64,000 nt of DNA, taken from Diadema antillarum (taxonomy: Eukaryota). The notes under the pieces are model-generated. The model saw only the letters and a list, made by a program, of their open reading frames with translations. It did no database searches and was not told the origin of the DNA. Positions 49,501-54,939 of this stretch are shown here, piece after piece (position 1 is the first letter of the stretch; each line of letters opens with the position of its first letter). A program made the translations under genes and the position numbers. Where the stretch lies: contig NW_027272118.1 of NCBI RefSeq assembly GCF_040938485.1, forward strand, positions 620,001 to 684,000, read 5' to 3'.

Positions 49501-52500
49501 CACGGTAATGAAAACATAACCTCCTCCCTTGGCGGAGGTAATTAAAAGGCATTGTTGTCAATGCCATTTTCAGATCTATGGAACACTACAATGTAAATCC
49601 TGGAGAGTGTAGCATACGTTATGTTGTACAAGGTTAGGACAAAATTCACTTTACCATTCCATGGTGAGATATTTAAAAAAAAAATCAAATGCAAAGTCTT
49701 GTTCAATGTATACCAAATATGACGACTTTAATAACAATTCCTGTTCAAAAAAGTCTGACATTATTAAAAGGAGTACTATACAAAGTACAAAATAGAATTG
49801 TACAGCTGTAACAGGTTTTTACTCTTTTTTTTTTGTTGTTGAAGTGCATACACAAGTATATTCAAAAGAAATACCTGTAGGAAAATGTATACGTCTTACT
49901 AAAATATTTGAATCAAATTGTCTTTATTTTGTTTCAGGTTTTTTTTTTCTGTTTTTGTTGTGTGGTCTGCATTTAATTTTTATCATATTTTTTTTTACTG
50001 TTTAGAAGTAGCTCTGTTGCACATTGTAGTTTTGTGAGTTCTGCGAATTACAGTACATGTTGTAGGACCGCAAAGTTAACAACACACAAAAACATTGCCA
50101 CATACAGTATGCTACTACGGTAATAGCGCATTTACAACAGCCTTGGTCTAAATTCGCAAAAACAACATCTCGCGAAAATGTCTGTGACCTCCCAATTTGT
50201 GAAAACATATCTGTACGCAAAAATAACAGAGTTATACAGTTACATTTTCCATTTTCCATAACATCACAAATGTGTACATTTAGCCTCATATAGTCTTCTC
50301 ATCCAGCCGTGTAACTCCTTGGTAAAACCGACACTAAATTCCTAAAATTTCAATGGATTGTTTGATTTTCTGTGAACTTTCACTGATGTGTTCTATGAAG
50401 ACTGCTGCATGGGTATACTCAATCCACAATATTTGGGTTTCATTCCCCTTTACGAGAGAATCAACAAAGATGGCAATACTGAATATGTGAATTGTGACAT
50501 TATGAATGTTACAATCAGTGTAACTTCAAATCAAACTGAGAACACGTAAATGTACTCTCATTTGATTTCAAAGCAGAATATGTTTTCTAATCTGCATGTC
50601 AATGTGTTATACATGCTGGTACACTTGTACATCCGGAACTTTCAGTGACCCTAATCATTGCAAGTTCATTCACTGACAAATATTTTGTATACAATGTGCA
50701 CAAATCATACTTAAATGCACTGCAGAATAGAGGGTGGATATCACGAAAGTCACAAAGTAATACTGCATGCTATAGAAAATAATTTGTGCACAGATATACA
50801 TGTAACTGCAGCTCATATCTTCTCAACAAGATATCAGATATATTGCTTGAGAGACTGGTACTGCAATGATGTCAAGCTTGGTGATCAAACTTTCTCCAGG
50901 CACACACAGGGAAACAGAGCACACCAAGCAACTTCAAACACAGAAACAAGAACACAAAAAAAACATTAAAAAAAAGAAATGTCCTATCCCATCCCGCTCT
51001 GAGCAACCTGACATTATGGAGCCTGATAATTTGATAGCAGATCAGGATGTTCTCTATTAGCATCGTTTTACGCTAAGATCTAGAAGATTTTCTCTAGCAG
51101 GAACTGCGGATTTACTGCACGAGACAATTTGGCTTAGGTTTACAACGTGTTGTGGGGCATCAGGTCAGACAAATGCCATCTTAAATTCCCATTGACGGCA
51201 GCTGCCAAAAAATCAGCCGAGCAGATAAACTGTAATCATGTCTAATCATCTCAATAGATCTGAGATCTCTGAGACTTCATGGCAAGCAGATTTTTACCTA
51301 CCACCATAATTAGCATTGGCTCTCTAAACATATAAAATGTATAATATCCATTCAATTATCTCCATACAATGACTTACTCTGACTATATCAGGAGAAGGGG
51401 TAAAGTCAAGCTTGCAAATGAAAACAAAAAATCAACAACAAATGATTACCGTCAACGCAGAAGTGAAACTTCTTTGCACAGCTGTTAAATTGTTCATTCA
51501 TTCCATGAACTCTCATAATTGCTCTGTGTGCTCATCTTTCACCAATTACATTTCATTGAAACTTTACATCATGACTCAGACTTGGTTGTGCGGCAAATAC
51601 GAAAGTACAGATCTATAATAACATTATCTCTGCTTTAATACATTAATTACATGCAAAAGAAACAAAGATTACCTGTGATCGTTTCCTGTCTGTTGTTTTA
51701 TTTTACTGACATTCAGTGACTTTAATACAATTTAAGCCTGTCTTCTTTTTTGGCCATGGGAAGATTGATCCTTTTAAGAATGAAGGTTAGAGCACGTCAG
51801 TCCAATATGATGAGACATCATGGTGGCAAATTATAGTACCGTTAGTCGTGTCTTGGATAAGGATAACATGAGACCTTGATGTGTTTTGCAGGGCACTCTT
51901 TAATAGGGGTTGGTATGTCAGAAATGCAATACAGAATTCATTGCACTTTATGAGGGGTCTACTGAGGTGCAATCAAGACAGCATATTAGATGACTGTGAT
52001 GTTCAAACAGGCTTCTCTTCCTGCACTCATCCATTTTTAAAAAAACTTTCAATATGTACACAATGTGTAGGCTTATTGTGCATATTGTAGATGATAGTAC
52101 ATACAGTGCATTTCAGATATTTCACTCTTTGATTTTTTACCTTTTAGACATTACAAGTTTAATAGAATGTAATGTACAAGTTTGGCTTTTTTGACTAACA
52201 TGGGAAAATCATAATTTGTGAGAGGAGAAGTTGTGAATATTATTGGGACATTGTTCTCATATATCTAATATTTTTATCTAATTGCTCACAAATTTCCACA
52301 ATGATTTTGAATATTTCGCTAAGCATAGGAAACAACATGCAGCATAGAATGTAATTTCGACAGTTATTTTTTTCTTATACTTTGATTATTCCAAACAGCT
52401 GTCCATACTAAACCCATATTGAACAAGAAAGATTGAAACTTAAAGATCCTTACTTTTTAAATCATGTACAATATGAAGTATATTAATACCATGGTTTTAT

Positions 52501-52916
52501 GACTCAAATACCTTGATTGGTTCATGAAGCTCGTGCAATGTGGGTCTCTGCTTGGCACTTGCAGATGTAGAGAAAAGATTGCGATAGTAGTCCAGTGACG
52601 GCACCACCTCAATGGTATTCTGGCCAAAGGTCTGCATGGCCATGGAGTGGTCAAAGTCCTCATTGCCAGAGGGGCTGGACGGGCCATCTGAGTTGAGACC
52701 ACTACTGCTCTCCGGAGAACCCTTCTCCTTGTCCACCTTAGAGGCTGACTGAGGCTTTTCACTGACGATATTGACCTGGAAGCGGCCCGGCCTCGGCGAG
52801 CTTTTCGTTCCGCCTCCCTCCTGGGCCAGGCCCGCCTCCTGGCGGTTGCTGTCCTCCTGTTTATTGAGATCCTCCATCTCGACCTCACTCTTCAAGACGC
52901 CCACATCACCACTCAT
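874..52916 (-). CDS. SLC12A2: Whole gene: Na-K-2Cl cotransporter (SLC12 cation-chloride cotransporter, NKCC/NCC branch), 24 coding exons, 1080 aa
   Basis: Manually spliced exons give one continuous frame of 3243 nt. Diagnostic motifs: [105 protein letters not shown]. The symbol denotes the closest vertebrate family name; 1:1 orthology to SLC12A2 versus SLC12A1/3 was not tested. Confidence 0.96.
1715..1883. mobile_element. hAT-like MITE with degenerate 8-bp TSD
   Basis: TIR CAATGCTGCACACT / AGTGTGCAGCGCTG; internal GGACCAGTA repeats; flanks gtatacag / taatacag. Confidence 0.6.
2039..2215 (+). mobile_element. Short decayed relative of the 31377-34356 CAGGGCTCGACAC element
   Basis: Starts CAGGGCTCAACACCAAC and shares GGTGGCCC / CCCGATCGGGCCACC subterminal motifs. 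Confidence 0.6.
2332..2399 (-). CDS. SLC12A2: NKCC coding exon 23 (68 nt)
   Basis: CTGCAG|[22 protein letters not shown](M)|GTGAGT; phase 0-2. Confidence 0.94.
2499..2645. other. Assembly gap (N run) following a poly-C tract
   Basis: Ns in intron 22. Confidence 0.99.
3262..3373 (-). CDS. SLC12A2: NKCC coding exon 22 (112 nt)
   Basis: CTACAG|[37 protein letters not shown]|GTGAGA; phase 2-0. Confidence 0.93.
3819..4297. mobile_element. PIF/Harbinger-like MITE
   Basis: Imperfect TIR GGGTGCATTTGAGCACTC / GAGCGCTCAAATGCGGCC followed by TAA; internal CCATA/CCATG repeats. Confidence 0.55.
4322..4408 (-). CDS. SLC12A2: NKCC coding exon 21 (87 nt)
   Basis: CTACAG|[28 protein letters not shown](S)|GTACCC; phase 2-2. 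Confidence 0.93.
5131..5242 (-). CDS. SLC12A2: NKCC coding exon 20 (112 nt)
   Basis: GACCAG|[37 protein letters not shown](N)|GTAAGT; phase 1-2. Confidence 0.95.
5587..5676. repeat. (CAT)n microsatellite, preceded by degenerate (ATCC)n
   Basis: Direct reading; ends about 30 nt from the exon 19 donor. Confidence 0.95.
5707..6003 (-). CDS. SLC12A2: NKCC coding exon 19 (297 nt; variable acidic linker plus [12 protein letters not shown])
   Basis: AAACCAG|[12 protein letters not shown]...[20 protein letters not shown]|GTGGGT; phase 1-1. Confidence 0.9.
6351..6444 (-). mobile_element. About 90-bp TTAA-flanked piggyBac-like MITE, copy 1
   Basis: Reverse-complement match to copies at 10235 and 26196 (CCCGAGTATACTCGGG core, CGTCCTCAACGGG end). 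Confidence 0.75.
7137..7255 (-). CDS. SLC12A2: NKCC coding exon 18 (119 nt)
   Basis: TTTCTAG|[39 protein letters not shown]|GTTAGT; phase 2-1. Confidence 0.93.
7825..8154. mobile_element. PIF/Harbinger-like MITE
   Basis: About 50-bp TIR GGCCCTGTTTCATAAAGCTGTTCATAAAGTTACGCACGACTTT / AAAGTCATGCGTAACTTTACGAACAGCTTTATGAAACAGGGTCC. Confidence 0.8.
8174..8280 (-). CDS. SLC12A2: NKCC coding exon 17 (107 nt)
   Basis: ACCGAAG|[35 protein letters not shown](H)|GTGAGT; phase 0-2. Confidence 0.94.
8416..9207. mobile_element. TA-flanked MITE (CTGTAAA...TTTACAG family) interrupted by a Kolobok MITE
   Basis: Perfect 21-bp TIR CTGTAAAAGTGGTTTCTTTCG / CGAAAGAAACCACTTTTACAG with TA on both sides. Confidence 0.85.
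8585..8942. mobile_element. Kolobok/T2-type palindromic MITE, copy A
   Basis: TTAA|AGGGGAAGGCTAG...CTAGCCTTCCCCT|TTAA; near-perfect inverted arms of about 160 bp. Confidence 0.9.
9728..9862 (-). CDS. SLC12A2: NKCC coding exon 16 (135 nt)
   Basis: CCCCAG|[45 protein letters not shown]|GTGAGG; phase 0-0. Confidence 0.95.
10235..10327 (+). mobile_element. About 90-bp piggyBac-like MITE, copy 2
   Basis: TTAA-CCTGTTAAGGACG...CGTCCTCGATGGG-TTAA. Confidence 0.8.
10606..10717 (-). CDS. SLC12A2: NKCC coding exon 15 (112 nt)
   Basis: TTGCCAG|(R)[37 protein letters not shown]|GTAAGA; phase 2-0. Confidence 0.95.
11648..11747 (-). CDS. SLC12A2: NKCC coding exon 14 (100 nt)
   Basis: CCAACAG|[33 protein letters not shown](R)|GTGGGT; phase 1-2. 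Confidence 0.95.
11930..12136. mobile_element. TA-flanked MITE (CTGTAAA family)
   Basis: TA|CTGTAAAAC...GTTTTACAG|TA with TTCGCGAA subterminal motifs. Confidence 0.75.
12180..12912. mobile_element. PIF/Harbinger-like non-autonomous element
   Basis: TIR GGGTGCGTTTATGCTCAA / TTGAGCATTACTGCACCC followed by TTA. Confidence 0.55.
13074..13229 (-). CDS. SLC12A2: NKCC coding exon 13 (156 nt, TM11-12)
   Basis: ATCCAG|[52 protein letters not shown]|GTCTGC; phase 1-1. Confidence 0.94.
13515..13730 (+). mobile_element. tRNA-derived SINE with CORE/V-like central segment
   Basis: Pol III A box TGGCCCAGTGG (13527-13537), B box GGTTCAAGTC (13571-13580), then GCCCCGCAGCAAGG...CCTCATTGC. Confidence 0.7.
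13788..13889 (-). CDS. SLC12A2: NKCC coding exon 12 (102 nt)
   Basis: TTGCAG|[34 protein letters not shown]|GTATGT; phase 1-1. Confidence 0.95.
14002..14378. mobile_element. Kolobok/T2-type palindromic MITE, copy B (same family, spacer inverted relative to copy A)
   Basis: TTAA|AGGGGGTGGCTAG...CTAGCCATCCCCT|TTAA. Confidence 0.9.
14581..14717. other. Assembly gap (N run)
   Basis: Ns in intron 11. Confidence 0.99.
14799..14922 (-). CDS. SLC12A2: NKCC coding exon 11 (124 nt)
   Basis: TTGCAG|[41 protein letters not shown]|GTAAGA; phase 0-1. Confidence 0.95.
15689..15796 (-). CDS. SLC12A2: NKCC coding exon 10 (108 nt)
   Basis: TTCCAG|[36 protein letters not shown]|GTGAGG; phase 0-0. Confidence 0.95.
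16559..16762 (-). CDS. SLC12A2: NKCC coding exon 9 (204 nt, TM7 plus glycosylated extracellular loop)
   Basis: TTCTAG|[38 protein letters not shown]...[23 protein letters not shown]|GTGAGT; N-glycosylation sequons NVS and NGT; phase 0-0. Confidence 0.95.
17656..17692. repeat. (CA)n microsatellite
   Basis: Direct reading. Confidence 0.9.
18471..18688. mobile_element. TA-flanked MITE (CTGT family), diverged
   Basis: TA|CTGTTAAAGC...GCTTTTACAG|TA; shares TTCGTGTACAGATATTTT with 8416 and a decayed copy near 15191-15645. Confidence 0.7.
19700..20369. mobile_element. PIF/Harbinger MITE with TTA TSD and duplicated right end
   Basis: TTA|GGGTGGCATTCTGAAA...TTTCAGAATACCACCC|TTA; internal CTTAGGAAG/CTTCCTAAG repeats. 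Confidence 0.85.
20430..20585. mobile_element. PIF/Harbinger-like MITE
   Basis: GGGCCTGTTTCATAAAG / CTTTATGAAACAGGGC termini, related to the 7825 element. Confidence 0.7.
20725..20852 (-). CDS. SLC12A2: NKCC coding exon 8 (128 nt, TM6)
   Basis: ATGCAG|[43 protein letters not shown]|GTAAGA; phase 1-0. Confidence 0.95.
20877..20990 (-). mobile_element. 3' end of a LINE (same sense as the gene) with (TATC)n tail
   Basis: Minus strand GAACCCGCAATTCAGCCTCTGGGCTGC...GAAATAAACCAATATCTATCTATC, resembling CR1/Crack-type 3' stem-loop plus tail. Confidence 0.5.
21987..22146. mobile_element. PIF/Harbinger MITE with CTG TSD, right TIR expanded into poly-C
   Basis: CTG|GGGGGTATTTCATGAA...TTCATGAAATG(C)n|CTG; related to the 59778 element. 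Confidence 0.75.
22397..22508 (-). CDS. SLC12A2: NKCC coding exon 7 (112 nt)
   Basis: TTCATTCAG|[37 protein letters not shown]|GTGAGC; phase 0-1. Confidence 0.92.
22535..22660. repeat. (TAAA)n/(AAAC)n microsatellite just upstream of the exon 7 acceptor
   Basis: Direct reading. Confidence 0.9.
23163..23273 (-). CDS. SLC12A2: NKCC coding exon 6 (111 nt)
   Basis: ACACAG|[37 protein letters not shown]|GTAAAT; phase 0-0. Confidence 0.95.
23424..23665 (+). mobile_element. tRNA-derived SINE with a possible MetaSINE-like central domain
   Basis: A-box-like TAGCAAGGTCGG, B box GGTTCGAATC (23513-23522), and CCCTTTGATGGG...GAGGTCCCATGTGT...CACGTAAAA (resemblance judged from memory). Confidence 0.5.
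26196..26287 (+). mobile_element. About 90-bp piggyBac-like MITE, copy 3
   Basis: TTAA-CCCTTGAGGACG...CGTCCTCAACAAG-TTAA. Confidence 0.8.
26374..26770. mobile_element. Harbinger-like MITE with AAACCATGTTT subterminal repeats
   Basis: Imperfect termini GGGTGCATTTT / AAACGCAGCCC; many AAACCATG/CATGGTT copies. Confidence 0.5.
27894..28033 (-). CDS. SLC12A2: NKCC coding exon 5 (140 nt)
   Basis: ACCAAG|[47 protein letters not shown]|GTGAGA; phase 1-0. Confidence 0.96.
30629..31012. mobile_element. Kolobok/T2-type MITE (second family)
   Basis: TTAA|AGGGATGGTACAGTATTGG...CCAAAACTATACTATCCCT|TTAA. Confidence 0.85.
31730..34240. repeat. About 70-71-bp tandem array (roughly 17 diverged units) split by the pogo-like insertion
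   Basis: Recurring AAACATCCGACATTTATTTTAGCATC..GGAGCCGAATGTTACCGTTATTCATTTCC at 31730-31956 and 33283-34240. Confidence 0.85.
31959..33280. mobile_element. Tc1/mariner (pogo-like) non-autonomous element
   Basis: TA|CCGTAAAGTTCCGTGTATAAGACGCAC ... GTGCGTCTTATACACGGAACTTTACGG|TA; perfect 27-bp TIR; no transposase ORF. Confidence 0.9.
34855..34946. repeat. (ATTGA)n pentanucleotide repeat
   Basis: Direct reading. Confidence 0.9.
35651..35746 (-). CDS. SLC12A2: NKCC coding exon 4 (96 nt, TM2)
   Basis: CCCACAG|(L)[31 protein letters not shown]|GTGAGT; phase 1-1. Confidence 0.95.
37888..37963 (-). CDS. SLC12A2: NKCC coding exon 3 (76 nt, TM1)
   Basis: TTTCCAG|[25 protein letters not shown]|GTAAGT; phase 0-1; absent from the ORF track. 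Confidence 0.95.
39521..39616 (-). CDS. SLC12A2: NKCC coding exon 2 (96 nt)
   Basis: TTGCATCAG|ATG...[10 protein letters not shown]|GTTTGT; phase 0-0. Confidence 0.92.
40960..41175 (-). mobile_element. Fragment of a HINE-like element related to 49022
   Basis: TCAACTTTTTCCTGAAAATTTCATCCAAATCC...(CAAA/CAGA)n resembles the 49022 element interior. Confidence 0.5.
42310..42495. mobile_element. Harbinger-like MITE remnant containing a 51-bp perfect palindrome
   Basis: Palindrome 42313-42363; right terminus TTGTATGCAACGGGACCTG. Confidence 0.55.
43651..43863. repeat. Short inverted-repeat element enclosing telomere-like (TAACCC) degenerate repeats
   Basis: GTGACAATTGCTCC / GGAGCAATTGTCGC inverted pair; AACCCTTACCCTAATCCTAATCC interior. 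Confidence 0.6.
43979..44006. mobile_element. 28-bp palindromic micro-element with 7-bp TSD
   Basis: CTCAGAG|CATGGACCTATAACGTTGTAGGTCCATG|CTCAGAG. Confidence 0.8.
45351..45661. mobile_element. CAGAGACTCCAAC MITE, copy 1 (uninterrupted)
   Basis: TIR CAGAGACTCCAAC / GTTGGAGTCTCTG; CTCCCG/CGGGAG subterminal repeats; flanks atttta / aattta. Confidence 0.85.
45807..45964. mobile_element. PIF/Harbinger MITE with CAG TSD
   Basis: CAG|GGCCCCATTTCATAAAA...TTTTATGAAATGGGGCC|CAG. Confidence 0.85.
46761..47899. mobile_element. CAGAGACTCCAAC MITE, copy 2 (6-bp TSD), interrupted
   Basis: GAATAC|CAGAGACTCC...GGAGTCTCTG|GAATAC; aligns to copy 1 once 46919-47751 is removed. Confidence 0.88.
46919..47745. 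mobile_element. CAGGCC non-autonomous DNA element with 6-bp TSD and GC-rich core
   Basis: GTATGT|CAGGCCTTGAATTA...TATTTCGAGGCCTG|GTATGT; GTGCCC subterminal repeats. Confidence 0.85.
49022..49544 (-). mobile_element. Helentron-associated non-autonomous element (HINE/DINE-1-like)
   Basis: Subterminal inverted repeats ACCTCCGCCAAG (49049-49060) / CTTGGCGGAGGT (49528-49539), internal (AACT/AAAC)n, and short terminal stem-loop GCACTCAGAGAGCGC. Confidence 0.75.
49998..50239. mobile_element. Diverged TA-flanked MITE (CTGT family)
   Basis: TA|CTGTTTAG...GTTATACAG|T; ATATCTGTACGCAAAA motif shared with the 8416/18471 family. Confidence 0.55.
52512..52916 (-). CDS. SLC12A2: NKCC coding exon 1 (N-terminal regulatory domain); the exon extends as 5' UTR to an acceptor at 52989
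   Basis: ATG at 52916 with an in-frame TAA five codons upstream. Encodes MSGDVG...PGRFQVNIV...[20 protein letters not shown]...[12 protein letters not shown]. Donor AAG|GTATTT; upstream acceptor GATCAG|GTTAAC. Confidence 0.9.
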
Positions 52917-53201
52917 CTCAGAGTGGCCTTAGGGTCTGCCCAACTTAGAACCTGTCCTTGTTCCAGTCTCAGCAAAAGTCTCTGTTAACCTGATCATAAT
53001 GTATAAAGAGAAAAAAGAATATGTATGATGATGAACAAAAAAACAAAAAAACAAAAAAACAAAAACAGTGATATCAGTGATTTCACAATTTATAACTTTC
53101 GCTGGATAAAACAGGACCCAGATCTACCATATTGATTATTAAAGGCAGCCTAACAGTATTGCCAGGTAAGAAATATCTCCAATTGCTATACATTTCAATT
53201 A

Positions 53202-53896
53202 CAGTTGAACCTCTCGTATCCGGACAAGTCCGGACCGGGGCTCATCCGGATAAGGGATTTGGCCGGATACGGGAGACTCAATGCTTTATACATGTACATA
53301 TACATACACATGCACTGATGTAGCCCATTGTAGTACCACATGTAGTAATGCGTATACTGCAACCTTTTCATTGTTACACTCAGTAACAGACAGCTACATT
53401 ACCTAATACCGTACCGGTCCCAAGGTAAAAAGTGATAGCGCATTGCGATTGGGTTAAGCTCTCTTCCCCACACTCTCTCTCCCTCTTTGTGTGTGTACTG
53501 TGTGTGAACAATTTTTGAGAGTTCAATATCATTCGTTGCTCAGCCAATGACTCGAAACAATGCATGTCTATCTAGTCATATCGACGGCTGTGTATGGTCC
53601 TATATGTGGCAATGCGATATGAGAGGATTCGAGCGCATAATCTGTCCATGTTCTTGCGATGATTTGGGGATGTTTGGGGATGTTAAAATGTCTGAAGGTA
53701 AGCAATTTGGAAGGAAATTTGATGTAATATATATGTTAATCATGTTGGAAGTAATATGTAATTCATGTGTGTTTGTGTAGGAGTTCTCAAGGAGTTGGGA
53801 ATCCCCCTTTAAAAAAAAAAAAAAATCACGGCGAGATTGCGTCCGTATAATAGAGAGATCCGGATAAAGGGAGGCCGGATAAGAGAGGTTCAACTG
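53202..53896. mobile_element. Tc1/mariner (pogo/Tigger-like) MITE
   Basis: TA|CAGTTGAACCTCTCGTATCCGG ... CCGGATAAGAGAGGTTCAACTG|TA; CCGGATA subterminal repeats. Confidence 0.88.
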
Positions 53897-54939
53897 TATA
53901 CGTTCATCACTAACATTATGAATGTTACAGTACATTTTTTTCCTTGTTATTCCACACAAAGGACAATCTTGGGCAATATTTTGCCACGTTGTAACAGTAC
54001 ACATACATCACTCGATGCAAAGGTCTAAAACAGAGAGCAATATAACACTAGTTTAGCCCCTGCATGCGCCCAGTCAAAGCCACTGTGTGTGTGTGTGTGT
54101 GCGTGTGTAACGATATAGATGAAATTACCTACTTTACATGCATATAATGTGTGCTACTGATATTTGAAGGACTTGCTTCTCCAACATTATCCCATTTCTT
54201 GGCAGCAGTCTTCACTGCACTGGCTACCAGTGTCCAAACAGGATGGAGTTTAAATTCGGCTCCACACATGGAAAGCAGTACATTCTTCGACTTCGTCTTC
54301 AAATGTTTGCAAACTCTGGTTTTAGAATATGTTCCTGGCCGAAATCTCCATATTTTTATAATTATCACTGGTAAACAGCAGTCCAAAGAACAATCTCAAC
54401 TTGTTGGAGAAAAAGCTTTTATTTGTGCATCTCCCTCTCTCCATCTCTCTTTGACTCTGGAATGCTCAGCATTAATTGACTCCATGTAGGGCCTACAGTA
54501 GATCATCTCTACTCGGCCTGGTGCAGAGCAGAAATACTAAGAGTAGCCTCACTAGTCACACAATGCACACACGTACAGTTGAGTTAGTCGTACACCAGTG
54601 CCACCAGGTGCTTGTTTCACAAAGAATTTGAGAAGCTAAGTCAATCTTACAATTTAGAATTGGTTGTTTAATAGCCTGTCACCATCCACTTCAAATTTTT
54701 GACATTGGGATTTCATTTCAAGAAATTTTAGGCCTACAGTGCACTGCATGCAATGGCTAATGTTACAGAATAATTCATTTATTTGGAATTTATGGACACT
54801 AAATCTGGGTTGTAAGTTGCATTATCAATGATGTCTCCAAAAATTTTCATTAGAAAGTCGAACAAAATTGAAGACACACACAACATCAACATATACACCG
54901 CATTCAGTTTAGTCAATCTTGATTTTAAGATCGACTTGG

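Noticed and set aside
52457-52888. 143-aa Arg-rich alternative-frame ORF overlapping coding exon 1
   Set aside because: Shifted frame of a GC-rich exon; no independent support.
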